A DNA stretch of 64,000 bases from Chiloscyllium plagiosum. Its lineage: Eukaryota. The stretch covers positions 72,951,470 to 73,015,469 of the forward strand of contig NC_057711.1 of assembly GCF_004010195.1 (NCBI RefSeq), in the 5' to 3' direction. Made by a program: the position numbers and the translations under genes. This document shows positions 40,396 through 53,760 of this stretch, in pieces (within the stretch, counting starts at the first letter, position 1; every line of letters starts with the position of its first letter). Under the pieces are notes generated by a model that worked only from the letters and a program-made list of their open reading frames with translations, ran no database searches and was not told where the DNA came from.

Positions 40396-41945
40396 AGAGA
40401 CATAGAGATGTACAGCATGGAAACTGACCCTTCAGTCCAACTTGTCCATGCCGACCAGATTTCACAACCCAATCTAGTCTCACCTGCCAGCACCCGGCCC
40501 ATATTCCTCCAAGCCCTTCCTATTCCTAAAGCCATCCAGATGCTTTTTTAGAGGTTGCAATTGTACCAGCCTCCACCACTTCCTCTGGCAGCTCATTCCA
40601 TACACGTACCACCCTCTGCGTGAAAAAGTTGCACCTTAGGTCTCTTTTATATATTTCCCCTTTCACCCTAAATGCATGCCTGTAGTTCTGGACTCACCCA
40701 CCCCATGGAAAAGACTTTGTCCCTCATGATTTTAGAAACCTCTACAAGGTCACCCCTCAGGCTCTGACGCTCCAGGGAAAACAGCCCTAGCCCATCCAAC
40801 CTCTCCCTATAACTCAAATTCTCCAACCCTGGCAACATCCTTGTCAATCTTTTCTGAACCCTTTCAAGTTTCACAACGTCTTTCCGATAGGAAGGAGACC
40901 ACCAATGTCCTGTACAGCTGCAACATGACCTCCCAACTCCTGTACTCAATACTCTGACCAGTAAAGGAAAGCATACCAAACGCCTCTTTCACTATCCTAT
41001 CTACCTGCAACACCACTTTCCAGGAACTATGAATCTGCGCTTTGTTCAGCAACATTCCCTAGGACCTTACCATTAAGTGTATAAGTCCTGCTAAGATTTG
41101 CTTTCCCAAAATGCAGCACTTCATTTATCTAAATTAAGCTCCATCTGCCACCTCAGCCCATTGGCCCATCTGGTCAAGATCCTGAGATAGCCTTCTTTGC
41201 TGTCCACTACACCTCCAATTTGGTGTCATGTGCAAACTTACTAGCTATACCTCTTATACCCACATCCAAATATTTTATATAAATGACGAAAAATAGTGGA
41301 CCCAGCACCGATCCTTGTGACACTCCACTGGTCACAGGCCTCCAGTCTGAAAAACAACCCTCCACCACCACCCTCTGTCTTCTACCTTTTGAACCAGTTC
41401 TGTATCCAAATGGCTAGTTCTCCCTTTATTCCATGAGATCTAACCTTGCTAACCTGTCTCCCATGGGAAACCTTGTCAAATGCCTTACTGAAGTCCATGT
41501 AGATCACTTCAACTGCTCTACCTTCATCAATCCTCTATTGCTTCTTCAAAAAACAAGTTTGTGAGACATGATTTCCCACACACAAAGCCATGTTGACTAT
41601 CCCTAATCAGTCCTTGCCTTTCCAAATACATGTAAATCCTGTCCCTCAGGATTCCCTCCAACAACTTGCCCACCACCAACGTCCGGCTCACTGGTCTGTA
41701 GTTCCCTGGCTTGTTCTTACCACCCTTAAAACAGTGGCACCACGTTAGCCAACCTCCAGTCTTCCGGCACCTCCCCGTGACTATCGTTGATTTCCCTAGC
41801 TTCCCACCTGATCAGGTCCTGGGGATTTATCCACTTTTATGCATTTCAAGACATCCAGCACTTCCTCCTCTGTAATATGGACATTTTTCAAGATGTCACC
41901 ATCTATTTCTCTACATTCTATATCTTCCATGTCCTTTTCCACTGG
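40396..41945 (-). mobile_element. CR1/HER1 LINE, ~1.5-kb 3' part of RT
   Basis: ORF pieces KLERVQKRLTRMLPGLENLSYRERLDGLGLFSLE; tail matches other CR1 copies. Confidence 0.92.
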
Positions 41946-42569
41946 TAAAATCTTTTAACTTTATGGCAACTTTCTTGGGGGAATAGCTTAATTTTTAGCA
42001 TTCTACCCCACTGAGGCCTGACTGGTGAAGTGATCATTCATTGGTGAATTTGTTGTTTGTCAAAAGGCAAGCAGCCCCAGTTCAGTCCAAGAAGCTTTTT
42101 TTCATTTGGTTTTTCGTTGCTTTTTCAGTTGTTTATTAAAAGTTAACCCTCTAAAGTGTTTCCAGACTTTCCAACATATGATGCTGAATATTCAACATTG
42201 ACAAGATGTCATGCTACATTGGGGATGAGAGGAAGAATGGCATTCCTTCAGATGGAGTTCTAACATAGTGTGACATGTAAGAACAGGTAGTCTCTATAGC
42301 TTATTCTTGCAGCTAGTTACAGTGACAGCTGATCAGACAGGTGAGGATGCAAAGTGATGATACATTTACGAATGTGAGATTCTATTTCCCATGAAGTGTC
42401 ACCTGAGCAACCAGTGTTCCCTCTGAAGCTTTTATTTTCTGCTTCACTCCCACTAGGTGTACCATGTAGGGCTATTTATCGCTGAATTGAATTAAGTTTA
42501 TTGTCACATGCTCACAGTGAAAAGTTTACAAGTCGCCACTTATGGTGCCATCTTGGATACAAAGATATC

Positions 42570-42886
42570 TTTTGTTTTTATTTGTTCAGGGGATGAGGGT
42601 GTCACCAGCTAGGCAGCATTTATTGCCTCCTCTAATTGCCCAGATGGCTGTTAAGAGACAACCACATTGTAGTAGGTCTGGAGTCACATGTAGGCCAGAA
42701 CAGGTAAGGATGGCAGGCGTCTTCCATTAAGGGCATTAGGGAACCAAATGGGTTTTAGATTCTTAATTTCAGATAATTATTGAATTCAGATTTCATCATC
42801 TGCCATGGTGGGATTCAAACCCGGGTCCTCTGATCATTATCTGGGTTTCTGGATTAACAATCCAGCGATAATACCACTATGCCATC
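42570..42886 (-). mobile_element. tRNA-derived SINE, same family as 20810-21118
   Basis: Reverse complement of the head (gatggcatagtggtattatcgctgga...gggtttgaatccc) and tail. Confidence 0.7.
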
Positions 42887-43549
42887 AGCTCTATAACCTA
42901 TATATCCCCTCTATACCTATACCTAGGTACAGAAGCTTAGTTATAAAGCAGGAAAATAAGGAAAAAAAGTTAAATATTACAGCCCTTCTTACTAAAGAGT
43001 AGAAAACCAAAGAAACAAGGTTAGCTGTTCAACACCACAGTCCAGAAGCGCGTGGCCATGCTGGGCTCAGGCTCCTCACAAGGACTCGACTTCTCCCTTG
43101 CCGACTGCTCTTGCCATCTGGTCCTGTTACCACCGCTGCCATGGGAACCCTGATCCTGCTCCCGCTCTCGATGCCAGAAAGGAAAGGACGAATGTGAAAG
43201 AGAGAAAGAAGAATGTGGTGTGCCTGGTTCTGGGGAGCAGTGGGCTCAGGAGCTTACCCTGCTGCAGCCATTTTAAATAACTGGCATTGTTTTAACCTGG
43301 TGCACAGCTGGGCTTTAAATATGGTGCTAGCAGCAGAAATTCCAGAAGGTAACCACAGTAGCAAATACGTTCAGCACCGGTGCGCACACAGTAGTACAAC
43401 ATCAGCCCCCTAAGGGCACAGTGCAAACATAATGAGGTGATTGTTGGAGAATTATGTGAAAGAAACTGCGGGAGTTCACAGAGAAATCCTCCACCAAACC
43501 TCTTGAAATTGACTGAGCTTTTTTTATTTCTAAAAATCAGCCAATTGTT

Positions 43550-43948
43550 TCATAACAATATCGCACTTTTCAATGCAGCAAATTTAGAACTATCAAGAGG
43601 GAATTGAGACCTGGAGTGAAAGTTGTCGAAAGCTTGAGGGGATGAGGAAGGTTTTTTTTTTAGAATACGGTCAGTGGACTGCAGTCTCTGCCACAAGACA
43701 TGGAGCAGGGAAGAAGATATTGCACCTTCAGAGTCTGTCGATTTAATAGATCGTATCGAAGGTTGAAGAGGCAGAATAGGTTTTGGGCTTCGGTAGGAAT
43801 TTGCAGATGTGAAAGGGGATTTCAAATTCATAGTGGCTTTTTGTGTGGTCAGTTGGTAAATTGCAGATATCATCTGTTGACCATTATATTGATAGAGAAA
43901 CAAAGTATGAGTAATGGGACTGCTGATTTTCATGAAAATATTGTACCT
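43550..43948 (-). CDS. Candidate terminal coding exon of an unidentified antisense gene or pseudogene
   Basis: Long pyrimidine-rich tract + ttttgcag acceptor, 132 open codons to TGA, AATAAA at 43523-43528 on the - strand. Confidence 0.5.
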   Translation of the reverse strand, partial: RYNIFMKISSPITHTLFLYQYNGQQMISAIYQLTTQKATMNLKSPFTSANSYRSPKPILPLQPSIRSIKSTDSEGAISSSLLHVLWQRLQSTDRILKKKPSSSPQAFDNFHSRSQFPLDSSKFAALKSAILL

Positions 43949-44137
43949 CTGCAAAATATATAAAACTTAAAGGAAAATTGATAAACAAAAAAGAATCCCT
44001 TCTGTCTTCGGGCCTCAACTTGAATACTTGCTAAGGTTTGTTGTTTGTAAAGACAGTTTTTGAGCTGTAATTATTTTAAATCTGCTAGAATTTTCCTCTG
44101 CACATGCTTTTCTCAAAATCTTTACATTGAATTTCAG

Positions 44138-44179
44138 ATACAGAAGAATCTACAAAAGCTTCTAGAAGGAAATGAATGA
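44138..44179 (+). CDS. GRAMD2B: GRAMD2B last coding exon (IQKNLQKLLEGNE*)
   Basis: tttcag acceptor; resembles the C-terminal IQNNLQKLLENGD of GRAMD2B; TGA stop. Confidence 0.95.
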   Translation: MQKNLQKLLEGNE

Positions 44180-45234
44180 GATGCGCTACTTTTTATCATC
44201 AGTATGTTTTGTTCTCACCAAGGTCATACATCTCTGGAATGTAACGTGAACTCTGCAGGACAGGGTGTGGGATTGTTTAAGTTTTAATCTTGTGTTTCTC
44301 AGAATTCTGCGCAGCCTTCTTTCTAAGGAAATATGCAAATAATCTTCAAGTATCTGTGCAATAATGACCAAAAAATATCCTTTATCTAAAAATTAATTTT
44401 ACACTTTTGAAAAATAATGAGATTTGTAGTGTTATGTATAAGAAATTGATTTTCTAAAAGTAGTCTAACCATTTGATTCTAAAAGCACTCCATTCTCTAA
44501 AGGTTATTAGAATACTTGGTGTAAAACATGTGTTGACCATGTGTATGATCTCCTTGCTCAATAGTCTGATATGACAAAATTGTTAGACTCCAGAATGTGG
44601 GGTAGGTTTTTATCTTTGGTGTCTTAGCACAGTCATAGGCTAAATCAGGCAAAGATGATCATGCAAATTCCAGATTTCCCTTCGAGGCAAGAAAATTAGA
44701 CGAATAGAGCGATACAATTTTTCATAGCAAATTTCCATCTTTGTACCATGGCTAGATATTGCTTTACCCAGAGGCTAAGGATAACAATTTACCCTATTGT
44801 GTCTGATCAACAAGGGGATTGCATTCATGACTCTAGACGTACTCTATGTTCGTGTGAGTGAATTTATAACCGCATTGTGATCTGATACTATTTATATAAA
44901 ATGCAATTGTGTTCTTTTAAACCCATTTCTATGAAATGATTTCTCACGAAATTCTGTAAATAAATTTTGCGCACACTAAAAGAATTTATGCTGTTTCTGG
45001 AGGTAACCTGGCAGACACGGTTTAATGTGGATCGTATTTAAACAGTTACTGGTTCTGTTTGGCAGTTTTACTAAAAAGGTGCTAAATATTGAAACATGAT
45101 TGTTTTTTATATATCACCTATTTGTGGGATCTGAAATGAAACTTTTGTGCTGTTCACTTGTAGCAAAACATCTTAATTTTGTATATAACTGCTAGTTTTC
45201 TCAATGTAGAAGTGAGAATGAAAAAACCCTTCAC

Positions 45235-45240
45235 AATAAA
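45235..45240 (+). terminator. Likely GRAMD2B polyadenylation signal
   Basis: AATAAA followed by a GT/T-rich downstream element (ttctgttgtttc), ~1.05 kb after the stop; another AATAAA at ~44959. Confidence 0.6.
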
Positions 45241-45285
45241 ATGTTTGAACGCTGATCTACTTCTGTTGTTTCAATGAGAAACTAC

Positions 45286-45592
45286 CTCCAGGAACTTGCA
45301 CTACTTTGAATGCAGGCTGTTCCCATGGATACTCGCAGCATCATCAGCACCAGGAGAACTATCAATGCTTTTGGCCTGCCTGAGACTTTTATGGATCTCC
45401 CAGTGTATGGAGTTGTTCTGTATGAAATGTTGCGGATTGGCACATTCCTTAGTCCAGGGCTGCATTCCAAGAGAACTCGAGGCAGCCATTGCAGAGGTGC
45501 AAGGTCGCTCTCGAAGGTCTTTTGATCACTGTTTACTGAAGGGCTGGAAACTGTAATACCCCTCATACTGTCTGCCTCTCAAAGTATGTATA
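45286..45592 (-). pseudogene. Candidate internal exon of the antisense locus, with two in-frame stops
   Basis: ttacag acceptor and GAG|gtagtt donor; frame IHTLRGRQYEGYYSFQPFSKQ*SKDLRERPCTSAM...HSK*CKFLE joins the 43948 exon in phase 0. Confidence 0.4.
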
Positions 45593-46770
45593 CTGTAAGT
45601 CAAAAGTATCAAAGGCATTGAGGCACTTCAGTGATCATGTGCAGGAAAATCTCTTGATTGCAATTTCCCATTTGAATTATTTTGGTTGCATACATGATAT
45701 GGAATGTATTTGCTAAGTACAAAGACTGTTAAGTGCTAAATTTGCAACTCTAATATTCAAATTTAATTTTTTTGTTTATCCACAAAATTTGTAAAACTTG
45801 CTTTCTTTTTTTCTTCAAACAAAAAAAGAATCTACTAGAGGAGCAAGGAGGTAAGAACTCAGACAGGCAGAGGAGCAGGTTAGAAAAGTTTCTGAAGACA
45901 GGCAGTGAGAGACAGCTAAATTCATTGGAGCTGTTTGGAGTTAGATCTTGTTTCACTACAAAGAAAGGAGCTCACTGTCCATTGAGTCTCTGGAATGCTA
46001 TTATTGTCTTTTCTATTCTTAAATTTTAACCTAACATTACCACCAATTTGCACATTAATAAATTTATAAAAGCAACATAAGTGCGTAGGTACAATTTAAA
46101 CAATGAACCGCCATGATTGCAAGACAGGTGATGTCCAAATCTGCAGTATGTGGGAGCTCCAATATCCCCCAATGTGATCCACGTTTGCAGTATTTGAAGA
46201 TGAATAGCTTCAGCTCAAGAGTTTGAGTTGGAGGCTGAACTACAGACAGTGTAATAACGGGGAGAGGGAAACTTGCTTGTATCCTTTATACGAGGAGGCA
46301 GTCAGCCTACTTCAGATAGGGTCATCTTATCTGGTCAGTAGTTAGGGACAGGAGGGTGCAACTGTGAGTGAGGCAGTTAAGGGCACCCAGAGCACAGGGC
46401 TATCAGTCTCTGCAATTGTCCAACATGTTTGAGGTTTGCTCAGCTTGTTTGGATGTGTGCACAGGCTATGGGAGTTTGAGCTAGCTGACCATGGTACTGT
46501 GTTACAGGAAGCCGTTCAAGTAGGGGGGTATCAAGCAATGTGATAGGTGATAATTTTTTGAAAGGAATTTACACAGTGTAACAAAGAGCAAGATTCTGAT
46601 TGACAGTGTTGCCAACCAGTGTCAGCATTTACTTCATCTCCTCAGGGAGAGAAAGGAACTTGTAGTGATACAGGCAGGATTCGGTGGTCCATGTAGTAAT
46701 CAGTGGCACTAGGAAAGAGGTTCTGCGTAGAAAGTAAGAGCAGCTAGGCACCAAATTCAAAAGTAAAATC

Positions 46771-47560
46771 ATTTTTTTTCTCTTTCCTTTTTATTTCTTT
46801 TTTTCTTAACCCTACACTACCACCTAACTGCGGTAGTGTTTATTTTCCCCAGCACCCATGTCGTGTGTATGCAGGTGTGGGACACAGTGAAAGACAAAAG
46901 GCCCACAAATCTATCTTCAATTTCCACCACCAGGAAGGAAGGAAACACCCGAGTGGTCAGTGACAAGCAGTGCCCTTCACATCAAAGGGCAATGCTGTGT
47001 GAAGGGGAGGGCAGGGATTAAATCAAAATAGAGTTGGACGGGGAAATAATACACTCCACTCCCTGCAGCGCCCACCTCTCCCTGAACAACTCCAGGGTGT
47101 TGGTGGACACCGCGTGCTCCTTCTCCAGGGACACCCGGACTCTAACGTAACCGCAGAAGAGGGGCAGGCAGTCTGTCCTAATGGCCCCCTCCACAGCCTG
47201 CTGCCTGGACCCTGTTTATGGCCAGTTTGGCCAGGCCCAGGAGCAGACCCACAAAGAGGTCTTCAGACTTGCCCTCCCCACTCCCTACCGGGTGCCTGAA
47301 CATCAGGAGCGTGGGACTGAAGTGCAACCAAAAGCAGAGAAGGATTTTAAGAAAATCAAAAGGGGAGTGCAAGTGCCCACACCCAATGTATACATGGTCC
47401 ATGGACTCCACAGCACAAGTAATTGGGCTGGGAGTCCATGAACCACTCTAATCTGCAGTTGCAGGGGACCACTGCGTGCAGCACCCTCCACCCCAGATCC
47501 CCGAAAGGGGGAGGACCCCTGCGTAGAGAGCCCTCACCGCCCAGTGAGAATCGATTTATT
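46771..47560 (-). mobile_element. Tx1/L1-clade LINE 3' end
   Basis: Frameshifted ORF2 C-terminus (WRVLHAVVPCN..., DHVYIGCG.L, LLLGLAKLAI); purine/A-rich tail at 46771-46805 on the - strand. Confidence 0.8.
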
Positions 47561-49369
47561 ACCTGAGCCGTGTGCAAATTAGCATAGAGACCTGAAAATT
47601 AGAGATGAAAATGTATCAGTCTTTGAGCTATGAGAGAAGTGTATTCTGTTTTGTGGGTCACTGGCACTGGTATTAAAATAAATGGAGGCAGTACCATCAG
47701 AATGGGCTATGCCTGAACCACGGTGGGCCAGTGTCCTTGGGAACTGCGCAACTAATCACGTGGAGAGGAATTTAAATTAAACACTGGCAGGAGATCAATG
47801 TGGATCACCATGGTATGTCAAAGAATAGATAGAAGGTAAGAAACAAAAACAATAATATGGAAAATGAGGTTCAGAGAAGGCACAGTGGAAAAACAAGAAG
47901 CAGGAATCCACCAAGTATCAAAATGAAATCGTAAACTTAAAAAGAATAATCTGAAGGCTCTGTATCTGAATGCTCATGGTGTTTGTAAAGTAAAGATTGA
48001 TAGGGTGTATTGAAATACAGTCTGATGGCCATTACAGTGACATAGCTGAGACATGACAAGTACAGGGTCCTGAATATTGAGCTGTGTATGATACTGAAAA
48101 AGATTAGGAAGCTAGGTAAAGGTAGAAAGGTAATTAATAGTAAATAATAATGAAAAACAACTCCGTTATTTAATGTGTCTTCTCTATACAAAATACAAAA
48201 TAAATATCCAGTAATAGCTGTTTGTCAGGAGGTGAAAGGAGGAGAGAACTTGGAATTTCCAGTCATAGTGGAGTACTAAGCAAGCAGTGAAGTTGTGGGC
48301 TGACAGCTCACCACGTCCAGATGGATTTCGTCTTCTTGAAAGAGGTGGCTCATAACGTAGCAGACGTATTTGGTTAGAATTTTCCAAAATTCCCTCAATT
48401 CAGGAAAGGTTCCATTAAACTGGAAAATAGGGAATGAAAGGGGAAGATCACAAAATGGGAAGCAGACCCAGTGTATCCAGTACCTTATTAGTCACCTCTT
48501 TTCAGACCTTTAAAGATAAAGTCAATCAAGATCCAAAACTCATTAGTTCACAGTTCTCTCAGCTTGCTCAGAACTACTTCCCTGGTGATTGTGACTTCAC
48601 CAAATCTGCCCTCTTCTCCCTTTGCCCCCCCCCCTCCCAAACCTCCCCTGATGTGAACAACCTTTATAGCATTCTCATGAATGAGCAGGTCAAGCTTGTT
48701 TCTGACTTTCTCCCAGGCAACAGAGCAGCTCATGGTTTGTTTTACTTTGTATTCCGCAACAGTGTTTGACTGAAGAATGCTTGTTGAGGAAGTACGAAAC
48801 TTTCATGAATTACTATTGACAGAAATCCTACAATGAAAAAAATCTATTGATGCACATACTTGTGGAAGAAGCATTTGGCTCTAATGTAGATGTGTGCTAT
48901 CAAACACCTGTTAATACCATCTGTTTTTCTTTTTTGAAATCTCTGCTTCCAGGTGTATTTGTTGACAAAAAGACCCTTATTAAATGTCTAGTTCAAATTT
49001 GTAAACTAATTATTAAATTAAAAATACCCAAGTGGAATCATTGTTATTTTGTCTGATCATTCTTCATGCCCATTTTTGTTTTAAAGAGGATGAATGTTGG
49101 GAAATGTAATTCAGCAATTGATCCAAGTTTTAGATTACTGCTAATTAATAGAATTTTTTAAAAAAAATTATAGTACAGAGGAAGTCATCCAGCCTATGGT
49201 ACTTAAACCAAGTGCATCTATCCATTCAAATCTAACTTTCAAGGTGAGTGTACGTTACTTGAAGGGCATATCCAGTTTTTTTTAATGTGCTTAAGTCTTT
49301 GCGCCATACTTTCAGGCTGCAATTTCAAACCACCACCATCCTCCTGGCTGCAACACAGACCCAGATTTG

Positions 49370-49654
49370 CAGATGGCCCAAGTGGTCATTCCTGCTGCAG
49401 TCAAGTCACAATGGAAGAGCTCAGACAATTCAATATACCATCCAACTCCTGAGTAAGTTTTTTTTTAAAATTGAACATCCAACTTACCCCACACACCCCC
49501 TGAACTACAATTCAGATGGCCCAAGTGGTCATTCCTGCTGCAGTCAAGTCACAATGGAAGAGCTCAGACAATTCAATATACCATCCAACTCCTGAGTATG
49601 TTTTTTTTTAAATTGAACATCCAAGTTACCCCACACACCCCCTGAACTACAATT
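49370..49654 (+). repeat. Direct tandem duplication, ~143-bp unit x2
   Basis: 49370-49512 and 49513-49654 differ at about 3 positions. Confidence 0.95.
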
Positions 49655-50259
49655 TCTTCAGACCTTGACCCAAACACCACTTAACTGCTACCAATCCCAT
49701 ATGTCCTACCCCACCCCACCAATCCTTGCCACTTTGAACCCTGTCACCCTATTTAGATGGCACTTGTTCCCTACTGACATGGCACCATACAAACTACCCA
49801 CCTGGCATCTAACCCTCCCAGCACTGTTATTTCATACTTTGTCCTTTCATAGGCGTTGTCAAAGACACTGTCTATGATGCTGGACCTTTACAGCACAGAT
49901 TATTGCAACTGACTGCTGTTAGAGAAGAGAATAGGGCTTGCTGCCTTCCAGTTGTTCTGCCTTACAAGGGAAGTGTCAGTGAATTATACGGCTTTGTATT
50001 TCTGAAAAAGCCCTGATAGGAGATGCCAATCAGAAATGTAGGGTCCTTTCTTTGTGCAAACAAGGAGTAGAGAGGCAATCTACATATGATTGGGCTTTCT
50101 GAAGAATGGCAATCTTTGTTTCACCTCCATTTCTGTCCTGATCCTTGTCTTATTGACTGCTTGCCAAATAAAGTGGGCTTAGCTCATCTACTCTGTGTAG
50201 ACCCACCTCAATTCAATCTGTCCTGCATTTCCTTTCGATAGGATGGCATTGTTTTTATT

Positions 50260-51175
50260 GGAACTAATCTTTCCTTGTAGTTACAAATTTGCCAGACCTG
50301 ACTGCATGCTTTTGTAAATTTCCTTGTACCCTCTAATGTAATCACAAGCTCACTGTCATGTGACTAGAACTGCACAGTATTCTAGTTTTCTTTAACTGGT
50401 GTTTTATACAGAACTAGCTTAATAACACAAACGTATTCCGTGCATTGGGTGATAAAGAAAAGTATCTCATCTGCCTACTAGACTATCTTATCTACCTACA
50501 TAGGGATCTGGTACACCTAATGCCAAAGTTCTCTAATCTACCATACTTAGGATACTAACGTTTATTGTATATTCCTTTACCTTTGCCCTGCCTCTGCATT
50601 CCCTTTCATTACTCCAGATTGCATTCTATTTGTTAACTCTTCTTCCCACTTGACCATCCATTGGTATCTTTCTGTAGACCACAGCTCTTCCTCACCTTCA
50701 ACCACACAACCAAATGTATATCATCTGCAAATTTAATTCTGATCCCTACTTTTAATCCTAATCCATTGATACTTACCATGAAAAGCAAGGAACCCAGAAT
50801 AGAACACTGTAGAACTTGATTAGATATAGCCTTCCTGTCACTGAAGCACTCATTGCTTAAATGTTTGCTTTATGCCACTGACCCAAGTTTGGATCCAAAG
50901 TGTCACTTTTCTTTGTACTCTATGGGCTCTTAATTTCTGACCAGTCTGTGATGTAGATCTTGCTAAAATCCATGTAGTGCTTCTGTCATGAGTGACTGAA
51001 TTTTTTGAGGCAGTCCAGTTAGACAACACCTCCCCTTGACAAATTTGTTCTAATGGTTCTTGACTAATTCATTGATACCTTTCTAAAATATAATACTGTC
51101 ATTCAAACTTAACTTAACCAATAATTTACACACCGTTGAGGTGAAGCTGACAGCCTGTAATAACTCAGTCTATTC
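50260..51175 (-). mobile_element. Degraded CR1-clade LINE RT fragment
   Basis: Reverse-strand KFADD motif (tcatctgcaaattt) and similarity to the 41k copy. Confidence 0.6.
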
Positions 51176-51262
51176 CCCCACAACAANNNNNNNNNNNNNN
51201 NCAATCATATTCCCCCCCCCCCCCGCTCCTCAACAATCATATCCCCCTCCCTCAACAATCAT
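51170..51262. repeat. Short tandem repeat (caacaatcatat + C-run) spanning a 15-N gap at 51187-51201
   Basis: Direct reading. Confidence 0.7.
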
Positions 51263-52329
51263 ACAAGATTGACAGGCCTCTTCCTCTTTTGGAATTTTTT
51301 TTCAAAAATGTGCTTGATGAAAAACTTGTAAAGTTGTATTCCAAAAAAGTCAACTTGGACATTATCAAAAGTATAGTTTTCTGTACCTCTATAATTTCAA
51401 TTACACATAATTATAAATGCTTGTTATAACAAAAGTCCCATTTGATGCTCTTGAAGTTTTCGACCACTTCACTCAATAGTAAATAGACCACAGAGCTGCA
51501 CCTTACAATCTTTGATGAAGTGTCAATTGCAATGAATTTTCTTTTATGGGGTTTCCATGCCAGACCTAATGAGATTTCTCATTGCATCTTACCAAACTCA
51601 CCTTAACTACCTATTCTGCATTAATGGCATCCCTCCCGTCCTATACTAACTCTATTTTACCAAGAACTGTTCTCATAACAGCTCACCAGATATCTGTGAA
51701 TGATGGGACATTCAGTACGTTTAAAGAGGACATAAACAGAGTTTTAATTAGTGAGTTGAAGGATGATGGAAAGTGGACAGGAATTCAAGACCGATGTAGG
51801 TTCTGAATTAGTACAGGGTTCCAGGGAGTTTGAGGGAGTGAAAGAAGGAGAATGAGGATATCAGCCATGATCAAATGGTGGAGCAGACTTGATGGGCCAA
51901 ATGGTATGCCATAAGGTGCTGACATTTCAACAAGAACCAAAGGCTATCAGTACTACTGTATTTTCATGCTTTTAAGTAGGGATCTGTCCAGGGCTGGGGT
52001 GGGGGGCATCTTGCTCTAATGCAATCTGTGGCAAACATACTGTATGTTTATTCACCCTTAGAGTCATACTGCAAGTGGGTGGGAGCTGATTCAAGCAATT
52101 AGTAACATAAGAAGGTGAGTATTCAAGATGGGAGTGGTGACATTATTGAGGTATTTAAAAAGCTACAATGCATTTTCACTGGTAACCCACTGCTGCTTAA
52201 CCAATGCGTAAAAGTTTCAGCGCATTGCTCCAAAGTTAAGCCAGACCTCATTGTAATACACATGTAGTTTTGCTGCAAATCTCACCATTGTTCATGTCGG
52301 TCAGGCCCCTATAGGCTGGATTAATCAAA

Positions 52330-53760
52330 ATGATTGACATTAGTAGCCTTGAATGAGAATTAATTGAATGTATTAGAGATGGTTTCTTAGAGTGATGTGT
52401 TGTGAAACTAGCCAGGGAACAGGCTGTAATGGATGTTACAATGACGCAGGGTTAATAATTGATCTCTTAGTAAGGAATCCTCCAGGGAAGAGTGATCATA
52501 GCATGTTAGCATTTCCAATTCATTTGGAGGGTTCTACTCTCCACTCTCTCATTCTGGAGTTGAACAAATTACATAGGCATGAGGGCAGATTTGAGCCTAG
52601 TGGACTGAAAACTAAAAGATAGGACAGTTGTCGAGCAGTGGCAGATGTTTAAGGAGATATTTAATTCCTCCAACTGAAATATATTCCAGAGGGAAGAAAG
52701 ATTGTAAGTGAGGTTGTGGGGAAATACTCATAGCTAAGCAAATAAATTAAAGACAAAAAAGAATAATAAACCCTTCTATAAGTTTTTTTTTAAAAGTAGC
52801 TAAAGTGACTGGTGTCTTTAAGAATGAGATTGGGAGTTCATTGTGAAGAACATGAATGGAAGAGTTACTATAGCCAAATTTGCAGATTACACTAAAATGG
52901 GTAGGAAGGCAAATTGAAGCGACAGCATAATAAAATTCACAAGTGGATAGGTTTGGTGAATGTGCCAAAAATTTGCAGATGAACTTTAAGATGGATAAGA
53001 GTAAAGTTATCCATTTTGGCTAGAGGATTAGAAATATAACTTGTTATCTAAATGGAGAGAAATTTCAAAGTGTTTTGGTGCAGAGGAATCTAGGTGTCCT
53101 AGTGCATGATTTGCTGAAAACTAGTATGCAGGTATAGCAAGCAATATGGGAGGTAAATGGAATTTTGATATTTATTGCTGAAGAAATAGAGAATAAAAAT
53201 TAAGTGTTGCTTAATTAGTGAGACCACCTGGATTGTTGCATACGATTTTGGTCCTTCGTATTGAGGTGGAATATATTTGTATTAGAGGCAGTTCAAAGAA
53301 AGTTGATTCCAAAGCTGAGGGATTGCCTTTGAAGAGAGAATGAGCAGTTTAGGTTCACATGCTCTAGGGTTTCGAAGAATGAGAGGAGATCTAATTGAGG
53401 TATGTAAGACACGAAAGGGAATTGACAAAGTAGATAGAGCAGATGTTTTCCCTTGTAGAATAACCTAGAATAAGAAGTTAGAGCTTTAGGTTGACGAGTG
53501 GCTCATTTAAAACAAAGATGTGAAGTAAATAGTACTTACAAAAAGTTGTGAATCTGTGCAATTCATTACACCATAGTGCAGGGCATTAAATAAACTTAAG
53601 GTGGAGATAGGCAGAGTTTTAATTAATCATGCATTGAAGGGTTACAGGGAATGGACTGGAAAGTGGAATTGAGCTAAGATGAGATCAGCTATGATCATAA
53701 TAAATGATAGAGTAGACTTGAAGGGCTGAAATGCCTACTCCTGCTCCTAGTCTTATGTTG
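52330..53760 (+). mobile_element. Degraded CR1-clade LINE (endonuclease remnant and RT 3' part)
   Basis: P.GKSDH.M endonuclease motif, AKFAD.TK RT motif, tail gggctgaaatgcctactcctgctcct. Confidence 0.75.
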
